A stretch of DNA of 37,535 nucleotides from a virus. Lineage: Duplodnaviria > Heunggongvirae > Uroviricota > Caudoviricetes. The position numbers and the translations under genes were made by a program. The notes under the pieces are model-generated. The model made no database searches. It saw only the letters and a list, made by a program, of their open reading frames with translations, and had not been told where the DNA came from. Positions 1 to 7,706 of the stretch are shown one piece after another (positions within the stretch are counted from its first letter, which is position 1; each line of letters opens with the position of its first letter). The stretch is taken from the IMG/VR virus record IMGVR_UViG_2681813154_000004; one strand, 5' to 3'.

Positions 1-170
1 GGCAGTTCAGTTGACACTGGTATTACTTTGTTTTCCTGTGCTGCACATTTAGCTTCAAGCGCATCGAATTTACGCACTACGTATTCAGCATCTGTTTCAT
101 TTACTTTCAGATCTCGCGGTACACATCTCCCACGAAGAAACCCTTCCATTTCGAAAACATTCATGCGCAT
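1..170 (-). CDS. Hypothetical early protein, 5' portion only (continues beyond window start); possibly YfdS-like
   Basis: Reverse complement of 1-170 opens with ATG at 170..168 and reads MRMNVFEMEGFLRGRCVPRDLKVNETDAEYVVRKFDALEAK...; its start overlaps the yfdR stop. Confidence 0.5.
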   Translation of the reverse strand, partial: MRMNVFEMEGFLRGRCVPRDLKVNETDAEYVVRKFDALEAKCAAQENKVIPVSTEL

Positions 171-697
171 TTGCGTAACTCCGATAACTCGTTAAAGCGT
201 TCCATAAACATCCCGTAGGCATGGCCCGGAGCCAGTGGAATCACGTTGAACATCTCTGTTGCCGGGATACCTTCCAGTACAGGCCAGAAAGAGCCATCAT
301 CAAGCCCGAGATCGCGGCGTTCGGTTGCCAGCATGATGAGATCGGCATATTTCACGGGCGTACTCATAACTGGGGGTAACCCGTATTTCTCACGGATTAC
401 GGCGTCTATTTTTTCTTCCATTTGTTTATAGTCAGGAAGAAGGCGTTTCAGTGGTGCGGGAATGTCCTGGCAATACGCTTCTGTTGCATCATGCATTAAC
501 GCTTCAAAAGCAAATTCCTGCGGCACCAGCTGGCTGCAAAGAACCGCATGTTGGGCGACGCTGTAGAAGTGCGAAAGATGGCCGGCAAAGCGACAGATAT
601 TTGAAAGGGAAACCGCGATATCGTTAATATCGATGTCGTCTTTATTTATCCTGTCATAATAAAAATGCTTCCCGGAAAAAGTTTTAATAAATGACAT
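161..697 (-). CDS. yfdR: HD-domain 5'-deoxynucleotidase, YfdR-like
   Basis: Track ORF 161..724; likely start is the ATG at 697 (MSFIKTFSGKHFYY...) preceded by GGAG; H...HD motif visible (LSHFYSVAQHAV...MHDATEAY). Confidence 0.8.
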   Translation of the reverse strand: MSFIKTFSGKHFYYDRINKDDIDINDIAVSLSNICRFAGHLSHFYSVAQHAVLCSQLVPQEFAFEALMHDATEAYCQDIPAPLKRLLPDYKQMEEKIDAVIREKYGLPPVMSTPVKYADLIMLATERRDLGLDDGSFWPVLEGIPATEMFNVIPLAPGHAYGMFMERFNELSELRKCA

Positions 698-824
698 TTT
701 GTTCTCCACGTATATGCGCTGCACCGCGCTGAATTCTGGTAAAAAGAATCCCTCACCATCCGGCGATTATTGAGTAAATTACGTTTCCATAAATGCCCCC
801 GCAGGGGCATTTGCAGTAATGAAA

Positions 825-1649
825 TCAGGCGGTGAAAGTACCAATAAAGGTTTCTACTTTGCTGTCCTTGAATTTCTCAACAAGCAGATCACGAAATTCG
901 TTAGCCATTTCTTCCTGCACCGCCTCCAGCTGAATAATGCGCAGAACCAGTACAGGACGATCGCCAGTGATAATACTGAGGCGTAATTTAAACGGACGTT
1001 CTTTCAGACCTTCAAACGGAACGCATTTAAATTCAAATGCCACTGGCATAATGTCTTTGGTCTTCGCTTCGACAGACTCCATCAGGGAGCGTTTGCCGCT
1101 GAAGTCATTATCTTCAAAATCAGCGGTCTGGTTTGCTTCAATCGTGATTTTACGGACAGCCGCAGCCGCTTTTGTTGCCTGAATAGCGTCACCATTAGCA
1201 TCAAAGCCCACAAGATAGTCGGCCCAGTCTTCAATCCATTCTGCCAGTGACTTCTGGGAGTTACGCTCGCCGTTAACAGACAACAGAGCAGAGAACGGTG
1301 CTGTCTTTTTCAGTTTGAGTGTGGCGGTGTTATCTGCGTGACCTGGTTCATCAATAGTACCCAGGTTAAGCACACTGACGGCACGCATATTATCAGCATC
1401 GATAAAGCAGCGGGTGCCTTCATCTGCAAGATCTTTAGAATAACGGGTAAAGTCATCGATGCTGGCAGTGGAAAACGCACCACGGAAACGGAAGCGATTT
1501 AAATTAAATTTTTCCAGATCATGAATGCGGAAATTCTCAGGCAATGCCACAGCATCGGCACCAATCTTACTGATAATTTCATTAACACCCTGAGCAGAAA
1601 TAAGGGCATGGATTTGATTAATTGCGGTTGCGTCTAAGTTCTGAGACAT
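825..1649 (-). CDS. yfdQ: YfdQ-like prophage protein (DUF2303-type)
   Basis: 274-aa ORF starting [20 protein letters not shown] with GAGGA RBS; recognised as the CPS-53 YfdQ family. Confidence 0.75.
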   Translation of the reverse strand: MSQNLDATAINQIHALISAQGVNEIISKIGADAVALPENFRIHDLEKFNLNRFRFRGAFSTASIDDFTRYSKDLADEGTRCFIDADNMRAVSVLNLGTIDEPGHADNTATLKLKKTAPFSALLSVNGERNSQKSLAEWIEDWADYLVGFDANGDAIQATKAAAAVRKITIEANQTADFEDNDFSGKRSLMESVEAKTKDIMPVAFEFKCVPFEGLKERPFKLRLSIITGDRPVLVLRIIQLEAVQEEMANEFRDLLVEKFKDSKVETFIGTFTA

Positions 1650-1714
1650 AATAAGTCCTCACTATATAAAGATATTCAGTGATGAGATAAATAATCAGTT
1701 AATTAAAAACGATA

Positions 1715-2077
1715 TTAACGACCTGCTGCGCGGAGTTTTCCGTCAGGTTCACCGGCAAGAGTCAGTAACTGTCCCTGGTCTTCCTGCAGAATAGTCAGGC
1801 GACCACCGCGATTGACATACATCGGCGTTTCGGTGGTGTCTTCTTCGGAAATTTTCCCGCGGTTAGTCGGGCGAACATATGAGAGTTTGTGTTTGATTTT
1901 CACTCGGTTCTCATCAAACGGTTCGATTTCCAGGTTGAGCGAGACCTTACCTTTGGTTTTCGTGTTCATCACACCGGAAGCGACTTCACTGAGAACTGCG
2001 CCGATTTTGGTTTCAAATACGCCGCCGTCCAGCTCCCCGATAAATGCCTGCACATCAGTACTGCGTTCGCTAGCCAT
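1715..2077 (-). CDS. yfdP: YfdP-like small prophage protein (120 aa)
   Basis: Internal ATG (MASERSTDVQAF...) with GAGGAG RBS inside track ORF 1715..2395; the upstream extension is Arg-rich junk. Confidence 0.65.
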   Translation of the reverse strand: MASERSTDVQAFIGELDGGVFETKIGAVLSEVASGVMNTKTKGKVSLNLEIEPFDENRVKIKHKLSYVRPTNRGKISEEDTTETPMYVNRGGRLTILQEDQGQLLTLAGEPDGKLRAAGR

Positions 2078-2545
2078 TTTGCTGCTCCTCATCATATCGA
2101 CCCTGCAAGGTCGGTTAGTTTCTCCACAAAACAGAGAAGAACACCTGCGGTGACTGCCGCCCGGATGGATTGGGTTATGAGCCCGTCGTCCGGTGATGCT
2201 CTTCTCTGTTTTGTAAAAAGGACGGTACCAGCCGGAAGCAAGGGTACAAGCTGGTACCGCCAAGACTACACACAGCATAAAGTTGTGGTGCCGGGTGCCT
2301 CCCGGTGCCTGGCGAAGGTTGCACACCAGGCGGGTGGGTATCCACAGAAGGTCGACTGTCAGCCTCAACCTTAACCCGCGTGCGCTGAGCCGCATTCACC
2401 ACAACGCTAAGGATTCTCTCTGGTTGAAAATACTTAGCTGTTATGTGCCTGCTTTTAGCCACATCAGGCGAGGTGGACCTAGTTATTCCCCAACAACAAG
2501 GATTCGGTTAATCTGGTTATCCCCAACAACGCAAAAGGAAAAGAA

Positions 2546-2980
2546 ATGTCCGGTAATATCTATACGCTGTACAAATCCCACTGTGAAAATGTTGGAAAGT
2601 ATCGGGGCATTGAAATCAGTGGGGTAGTGTCATCAGTCGAAATAAGCAAAGTTGAATCAAGGGCAACATTACTTACTCTTTTGGACCTTGTCTTACATGA
2701 GCACCGGAAGAAATTCGGCACTCCCTATAATCAGTTGAATGGGAAAAAGGCTCTGGTTCACCTTATTCTGATGAAGCATCACTGGATGCCAAAACAGATT
2801 AATGAGATGAAATTTGATGAACTTCTTCTTTCAATTCAGGATGAACTCACACTTGATAAAATAAGCGTAACCGCCCAGAAATTTTTAGATTATCGAGACT
2901 GGAGATCACAAATTCATCACTTTGATGATTTTGACGAAAATGAATGGGATCCTAATTTGTCTGCACAATATCTAAAGTAA
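2546..2980 (+). CDS. Hypothetical 144-aa soluble protein, AT-rich accessory gene
   Basis: Long ORF in an AT-rich stretch, ATG with AAGGAAAAG RBS, direct repeats upstream, intrinsic terminator downstream; no family recognised. Confidence 0.6.
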   Translation: MSGNIYTLYKSHCENVGKYRGIEISGVVSSVEISKVESRATLLTLLDLVLHEHRKKFGTPYNQLNGKKALVHLILMKHHWMPKQINEMKFDELLLSIQDELTLDKISVTAQKFLDYRDWRSQIHHFDDFDENEWDPNLSAQYLK

Positions 2981-3158
2981 CATCCTGTGATAAAACCGTG
3001 ATTTCCTGATCCAGTTTTTTTAAGGAGTCTATTGTTTCCTGTCGATAAGACAGCACTTCACGAAGCTGGTTTATAGCTGCCAGCTTCTTTGTCATCCACT
3101 CATAAATTTCCTCATCTGTGTAGCCAGGCGCGACGATTTTGGGTTCTGTTTTGTGCAT
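2952..3158 (-). CDS. Hypothetical 68-aa protein, first gene downstream of the pL-like promoter
   Basis: ATG at 3158 (MHKTEPKIVAPGYTDEEIYEW...) with GAGGAG RBS 7 nt upstream; track ORF 2952..3173 begins at an in-frame TTG; overlaps the 3' end of the 144-aa ORF by 29 bp. Confidence 0.5.
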   Translation of the reverse strand: MHKTEPKIVAPGYTDEEIYEWMTKKLAAINQLREVLSYRQETIDSLKKLDQEITVLSQDVTLDIVQTN

Positions 3159-3217
3159 TTCACATCTCCTCAAGTTATCAGTTACTTGTTGATGGGGACC
3201 AGATTGTTAAAGAGCTA

Positions 3218-3240
3218 AGCGTCCTGTAGGGCGCTTTTTT
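3218..3240 (+). terminator. Intrinsic terminator (7-bp stem with one G-U pair, TGTA loop, T6 run)
   Basis: AGCGTCC-TGTA-GGGCGCT followed by TTTTTT. Confidence 0.55.
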
Positions 3241-3319
3241 GTTGCTAACGAATCATCCTGGACTTCATATGCCCCAGGCGGCTACTTCGTGGGCGTCCTG
3301 CCTGTTCGTTGTTTCGCTT

Positions 3320-3355
3320 GGGTACATTATGTATCTCAAAGGTACATTGTCAAGT
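3320..3355 (-). promoter_or_regulatory. pL-like leftward promoter with overlapping operator half-sites
   Basis: On the minus strand: TTGACA (3353..3348), 16-bp spacer, CATAAT (3331..3326); GGTACA half-sites at about 3322-3327 and 3341-3346. Confidence 0.5.
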
Positions 3356-3357
3356 AT

Positions 3358-3380
3358 AAAAAAACCTGCCGAAGCAGGTT
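3358..3380 (-). terminator. Intrinsic terminator downstream of cI
   Basis: Minus-strand hairpin ACCTGC-TTCG-GCAGGT followed by a run of 7 U, 14 nt after the cI stop. Confidence 0.6.
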
Positions 3381-3392
3381 CATAAACATTGA

Positions 3393-4067
3393 TTAGGCTT
3401 TGATTTTGTATCTTCTTGGTTTTCCTGAGAAAATCACTGTACCAATTATAGAGCAATTACCGTTGATCTTAATGTAAGGCTCAGGCCAGTTTGGGTTTAA
3501 CGCTTTGAGATAACGCTGTGTCCCATCTTCTATCAACCTTTTGAAGGTGGTTTCGCCTGTATCGTGCATCAATGCAATAACGTCGTCACCGTGGCAGGCA
3601 GGTACTTCAGGATCGACAAAAATCATGTCTCCCGGGCGGTACTCATCAATCATTGAATCACCTATCACCCGCAAGATATAAGTCATTTCCCCACAGGGTA
3701 CAGGGCAGGGATACGTTTCTGCTGTGCTCAAATCAACCTCAGAATATCCAACTTCTTTCCATGCTCCGGCCTGTACCCATGATATGACAGGGACTAATGT
3801 GATTTGTTTATTAGTGATTGAAACATCAGGTTTTTTTGTGATGTTCGTTGTCTGGTGTTCTTGATCGAGCCATCCGACAGGCAGGTCGAAACATTTTTCG
3901 ATGTGTCGTGCCATGCTGTCACCGATATTTTTAGTAGCACCATCTCCCATAAACCTGCTGGTCTGGGTTGGCTCGCGATCAATCATAGTGGCAAAGGAAG
4001 AATTCCCGCCAACACCATCTCTCAGTTTTCTGGCGTTAGACCGCCGGATGTCATGGATTGTTTTCAT
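3393..4067 (-). CDS. cI: CI-type prophage repressor, LexA/S24 peptidase family
   Basis: N-terminal HTH region, Ala-Gly cleavage site (VQAGAW), S24 Ser (GDSM) and Lys (TFKRL); divergent from the cro-like gene. Confidence 0.9.
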   Translation of the reverse strand: MKTIHDIRRSNARKLRDGVGGNSSFATMIDREPTQTSRFMGDGATKNIGDSMARHIEKCFDLPVGWLDQEHQTTNITKKPDVSITNKQITLVPVISWVQAGAWKEVGYSEVDLSTAETYPCPVPCGEMTYILRVIGDSMIDEYRPGDMIFVDPEVPACHGDDVIALMHDTGETTFKRLIEDGTQRYLKALNPNWPEPYIKINGNCSIIGTVIFSGKPRRYKIKA

Positions 4068-4157
4068 AACGAAATTAAAACCCTTGTACCGTTAAGGTAC
4101 AAGTATCTTGAAGGTTCATTTCAATCATGTAATATGTACACCGGAGGTACATATTGT
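4068..4157. promoter_or_regulatory. OR-like operator/promoter region (pRM leftward, pR rightward)
   Basis: 21-bp palindrome CTTGTACC-GTTAA-GGTACAAG (4083-4103); palindrome ATGTAC-N7-GTACAT (4134-4152); pR candidate TTGAAG (4108-4113) and TAATAT (4130-4135); TTTAAT -10 just upstream of the cI ATG. Confidence 0.6.
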
Positions 4158-4358
4158 ATGAAAGCGTATTGGGACTCTTTAACCAAAGAACAGCAGGGCG
4201 AGTTGGCCGGAAAAGTTGGCTCAACACCTGGCTACTTACGGCTGGTTTTCAATGGCTATAAAAAAGCCAGTTTTGTGCTGGCTAAAAAACTTGAGCAATG
4301 CACGTCAGGTGCAATTACGAAATCTGACTTAAGACCGGATATCTATCCGAAAGATTAG
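4158..4358 (+). CDS. cro: Cro-like HTH regulator (66 aa)
   Basis: ATG at 4158 with GGAGGT RBS; MKAYWDSLTKEQQGELAGKVGSTPGYLRLV...; divergent from cI across the operators. Confidence 0.75.
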   Translation: MKAYWDSLTKEQQGELAGKVGSTPGYLRLVFNGYKKASFVLAKKLEQCTSGAITKSDLRPDIYPKD

Positions 4359-4389
4359 CAGAACACTTTCAATTTTTAACCACAGAACG

Positions 4390-4953
4390 ATGAGGCTAAC
4401 CGTGGGTAAGCATCACTGGAAAATAGAAAAACAGCCTGAGTGGTACGTGAAAGCTGTCAGAAAAACTATCGCGGCGTTGCCGGGTGGTTACGCTGAAGCG
4501 GCTGACTGGCTCGATGTAACAGAAAACGCTTTATTCAACCGCCTTCGTGCAGATGGCGATCAGATTTTCCCGCTGGGATGGGCAATGGTTTTACAGCGTG
4601 CTGGTGGCACTCACTTCATTGCTGATGCTGTGGCGCAGTCTGCAAATGGCGTCTTTGTGTCTCTTCCTGACGTCGAGGATGTGGACAACGCCGATATCAA
4701 CCAACGCCTGCTGGAAGTCATTGAACAGATCGGCAGTTATTCAAAACAGATTCGTTCAGCAATTGAAGACGGTGTAGTGGAACCGCATGAGAAGACAGCA
4801 ATTAACGATGAGCTGTACCTCTCAATTTCGAAGCTGCAGGAGCATGCAGCACTGGTCTACAAAATCTTTTGCGTTTCAGAAAGTAGTGACGCCCGCGAGT
4901 GTGCAGCTCCGGGCGCCGTGGCGTGTCGTGACTGTGGAGAAACTAACGCATGA
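4390..4953 (+). CDS. CII-like early regulatory protein (YdaT / phage CP76 type)
   Basis: Position directly after cro; 187-aa ORF; family call from memory only. Confidence 0.5.
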   Translation: MRLTVGKHHWKIEKQPEWYVKAVRKTIAALPGGYAEAADWLDVTENALFNRLRADGDQIFPLGWAMVLQRAGGTHFIADAVAQSANGVFVSLPDVEDVDNADINQRLLEVIEQIGSYSKQIRSAIEDGVVEPHEKTAINDELYLSISKLQEHAALVYKIFCVSESSDARECAAPGAVACRDCGETNA

Positions 4954-5288
4954 ACAGTTTAACAACACACTACCGTCGCTCGCAACTGATTGCGCTTCCT
5001 GTACCGGGTGGAAAAGCGAAGGTGGAGTATTGCTATGCAGTAAATGTACTAGGTGACAGGGAAATTGTAACCCACAGCTTTGCAGAGTGGGCTGTGGGTG
5101 ATTTCAACCGGCAGAAGGAGACAGTCCTTTGCGACAAGTTAACCGCTGGTTCAAAGATCACTACGGAGTGCCCGTCAGAGTCATTCGTTGGGAGCCGGAA
5201 ACACAACGGGTTATCTACCTCCGTGAAGGCTATGAGCATGAGTGCTTCAGCCCGCTCGAACAGTTTCGTTGTAAATTCAGGGAAATAG
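4950..5288 (+). CDS. Hypothetical ORF (112 aa) with doubtful 3' half
   Basis: ATG overlaps the CII-like stop (ATGA coupling), but the C-terminal half is Ser-rich and low in complexity while another frame reads better. Confidence 0.35.
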   Translation: MNSLTTHYRRSQLIALPVPGGKAKVEYCYAVNVLGDREIVTHSFAEWAVGDFNRQKETVLCDKLTAGSKITTECPSESFVGSRKHNGLSTSVKAMSMSASARSNSFVVNSGK

Positions 5289-5308
5289 AGGTCGGTCATG
5301 AGCACTAA
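5129..5308 (+). CDS. Hypothetical 59-aa protein in an alternative frame (just under the ORF-track cutoff)
   Basis: TTG start 9 nt after AAGGAG (5114-5119); reads [59 protein letters not shown]; stop overlaps the replication gene start. Confidence 0.45.
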   Translation: MRQVNRWFKDHYGVPVRVIRWEPETQRVIYLREGYEHECFSPLEQFRCKFREIEVGHEH

Positions 5309-6239
5309 ATTAACCGGCTATGTATGGGATGGTTGCGCTGCGTCAGGCATGAAATTATCCAGCGTGGCAATTATGGCCCGCCTGGCTGATTTCAGTAATG
5401 ACGAAGGTGTGTGCTGGCCATCAATTGAAACCATTGCCCGTCAGATTGGCGCGGGGATGAGTACCGTCAGAACGGCTATCGCACGGCTGGAAGCAGAAGG
5501 CTGGTTAACGCGTAAGGCGCGTCGCCAGGGTAACCGCAATGCGTCGAATGTTTATCAGCTTAACGTTGCGAAGCTTCAGGCAGCGGCATTTTCTCAACTG
5601 TCAGATTCTGACCCGTCAAAATCTGACGCATCAAAATCTGACCCGTCAAAATTTGATGCGTCGAAATCTGGCAAAAAAGCGGGTTTTCACCCGTCAGAAT
5701 CTGGCGGGGATCCGTCAGTAAAATCAAAACATGATCCGTCAGATAAAAAAACTTCTCGTCCGGACGCTTCGCAACCGGACACGCAGACGGCTGAACAGGA
5801 GTTTTTAACTCGCCATCCTGATGCGGTTGTATTCAGCCCTAAAAAGCGCCAGTGGGGAACGCAGGATGATTTGACCTGCGCACAGTGGCTCTGGAAAAAA
5901 ATCATCGCCCTGTACGAGCAGGCCGCCGAATGTGACGGCGAGGTGGTTCGTCCCAAAGAACCGAACTGGACAGCCTGGGCAAACGAAATTCGCCTGATGT
6001 GTGTGCAGGATGGTCGTACTCACAAACAAATCTGCGAGATGTACAGCCGCGTCAGCCGCGATCCGTTCTGGTGCCGTAACGTGCTCAGCCCGTCGAAGCT
6101 GCGGGAAAAATGGGATGAGCTTTCCCTGCGCTTATCGCCGTCCGTCAGCACGTACACAGAAAAACGCGAAGACCCGTACTTCAAAGCCAGTTACGACAAC
6201 GTGGACTACAGCCAGATCCCGGCAGGATTCAGGGGGTGA
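5298..6239 (+). CDS. Replication initiation protein, lambda O-like (YfdO-like), N-terminal HTH
   Basis: N-terminal winged-helix-like region, central SDxSK pentapeptide repeats encoded by tandem DNA repeats (iterons), position after cII. Confidence 0.8.
   Translation: MSTKLTGYVWDGCAASGMKLSSVAIMARLADFSNDEGVCWPSIETIARQIGAGMSTVRTAIARLEAEGWLTRKARRQGNRNASNVYQLNVAKLQAAAFSQLSDSDPSKSDASKSDPSKFDASKSGKKAGFHPSESGGDPSVKSKHDPSDKKTSRPDASQPDTQTAEQEFLTRHPDAVVFSPKKRQWGTQDDLTCAQWLWKKIIALYEQAAECDGEVVRPKEPNWTAWANEIRLMCVQDGRTHKQICEMYSRVSRDPFWCRNVLSPSKLREKWDELSLRLSPSVSTYTEKREDPYFKASYDNVDYSQIPAGFRG
5598..5750 (+). repeat. Candidate replication origin iterons (15-bp tandem repeats, core CCGTCAAAA) inside the replication gene
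   Basis: TCTGACCCGTCAAAA / TCTGACGCATCAAAA / TCTGACCCGTCAAAA / TTTGATGCGTCGAAA at 5607-5666, then degenerate CCGTCAGA copies and an A-rich tract. Confidence 0.55.
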
Positions 6240-6241
6240 TC

Positions 6242-6730
6242 ATGAGTCTTTTGAATGAAGTTCAGAAATACATTGAAGCCCATCCGGGCTGTACTTCCGG
6301 AGATATTGCGGATGCTTTTGCCGGTTACTCACGGCAGCGCGTTCTGCAGTCAGCAAGCAAGTTACGTCAGAGTGGGCGTGTGGCTCACCGTTGTGAAGGA
6401 GATACACGCAGACATTTCCCGCGCCTGACTGAGAGAGCGCAGGAACCGGAACCACAACCAGTTCGTGAAACCAGACCTGTGCGCAATTTCTATGTCGGCA
6501 CTAACGATCCCCGTGTGATTTTGTGCCTGACCCGCCAGGCGGAAGAACTGGAGTCCAGGGGCTTATACCGTCGTGCTGCAACGGTGTGGATGGCGGCATT
6601 CCGTGAAAGCCACTCCCAGCCAGAACGAAACAATTTTCTGGCGCGTCGTGAGCGGTGCTTACGGAAAAGCAGCAAGCGCGCTGCATCGGGTGAAGAGTGG
6701 TATCTGTCAGGGAATTACGTGGGGGCTTAA
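6242..6730 (+). CDS. Regulatory protein with PerC-like C-terminal region
   Basis: ATG at 6242 after AGGGGG; C-terminal LESRGLYRRAATVWMAAF...RERCLRKS resembles the PerC/Pch motif from memory. Confidence 0.5.
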   Translation: MSLLNEVQKYIEAHPGCTSGDIADAFAGYSRQRVLQSASKLRQSGRVAHRCEGDTRRHFPRLTERAQEPEPQPVRETRPVRNFYVGTNDPRVILCLTRQAEELESRGLYRRAATVWMAAFRESHSQPERNNFLARRERCLRKSSKRAASGEEWYLSGNYVGA

Positions 6731-7383
6731 TGAGTAATAAATATTGCCAGGCGCTGGTGGAACTGCGGAACAAACCAGCCCATGAACTGAAGGAAGTGGG
6801 CGATCAGTGGCGCACGCCGGACAACATTTTCTGGGGAATTAACACCCTGTTTGGCCCGTTTGTTCTGGATCTGTTCACTGACGGTGATAACGCCAAATGT
6901 GCCGCGTATTACACGGCGGAAGACAACGCGCTGGCGCATGACTGGTCAGAACGTCTTGCGGAGCTTAAAGGTGCTGCCTTTGGTAATCCCCCATACAGCC
7001 GCGCCAGTCAGCATGAGGGGCAATACATCACCGGCATGCGTTACATCATGAAACATGCCAGTGCCATGCGTGATAAGGGCGGGCGCTATGTTTTCCTGAT
7101 CAAAGCTGCCACCAGCGAAGTGTGGTGGCCGGAAGATGCAGATCATATTGCTTTTATTCGCGGGCGTATTGGTTTTGAACTGCCTGTCTGGTTTATCCCG
7201 AAAGACGAGAAGCAGGTACCGACAGGAGCTTTTTTCGCTGGTGCTATTGCTGTTTTTGACAAGACCTGGAAGGGACCGGCAATCAGCTACATCGGGCGCG
7301 ATGAACTTGAGGCATGTGGTGAGGCGTTTCTGGCGCAGGTTCGCCAGCAGGCGGAAAAACTGGTCAGGGAGATGGCGGCATGA
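6730..7383 (+). CDS. Phage DNA N6-adenine methyltransferase (Dam-like)
   Basis: NPPY catalytic motif (GNPPYSRA); ATG overlaps the upstream stop (TAATG). Confidence 0.85.
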   Translation: MSNKYCQALVELRNKPAHELKEVGDQWRTPDNIFWGINTLFGPFVLDLFTDGDNAKCAAYYTAEDNALAHDWSERLAELKGAAFGNPPYSRASQHEGQYITGMRYIMKHASAMRDKGGRYVFLIKAATSEVWWPEDADHIAFIRGRIGFELPVWFIPKDEKQVPTGAFFAGAIAVFDKTWKGPAISYIGRDELEACGEAFLAQVRQQAEKLVREMAA

Positions 7384-7706
7384 CGACGTTAACTCAATGC
7401 CAGCAGCAGGTGCTGGATATGCTGATTTCTTATCAGAAAGAACGTGGCTTCCCGCCAACCAATCAGGAGGTGGCAACCATGCTGGGATACCGTTCGGTGA
7501 ATGCAGCGGTGGAGCATCTTCGCGCACTGGAGAAAAAAGGCGTCATCACGATAAAGCGTGGCGTGGCCCGGGGGATAACGCTTCATACCGCGGTGAAGGA
7601 CGACGACAGCGAGGCGGTCGGGATTATCCGCGCACTGCTTGCCGGTGAGGAAAACGCAAGGCTGCGTGCAACCCACTGGTTACATGAGAGGGACCTGAAA
7701 GTATGA
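7380..7706 (+). CDS. LexA N-terminal DNA-binding domain protein (no peptidase domain)
   Basis: MTTLTQCQQQVLDMLISYQKERGFPPTNQEVATMLGYRSVNAAVEHLRALEKKGVI resembles the LexA winged helix. Confidence 0.7.
   Translation: MTTLTQCQQQVLDMLISYQKERGFPPTNQEVATMLGYRSVNAAVEHLRALEKKGVITIKRGVARGITLHTAVKDDDSEAVGIIRALLAGEENARLRATHWLHERDLKV

Noticed and set aside
1715-2395. 226-aa track ORF on the minus strand.
   Set aside because: Only the C-terminal 120 codons (from the ATG at 2077 with a GAGGAG RBS) look like a protein; the N-terminal extension is Arg/Pro/Cys-rich with no RBS and lies in the structured non-coding region.
2078-2545. Retron or type III toxin-antitoxin RNA array as an explanation for the structured region and direct repeats.
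   Set aside because: No reverse transcriptase gene adjacent; only two direct-repeat copies rather than a multi-copy array. Kept as a generic structured-RNA candidate instead.
3265-3456. 63-aa minus-strand ORF overlapping the cI 3' end.
   Set aside because: It overlaps the cI terminator and the pL-like promoter and operators, has no RBS, and is best explained as a chance ORF.
3855-4358. 167-aa plus-strand ORF spanning the operator region.
   Set aside because: It would read through the cI N-terminus (antisense) and the operators; only the last 66 codons, from the ATG at 4158 with a GGAGGT RBS, form the Cro-like gene.
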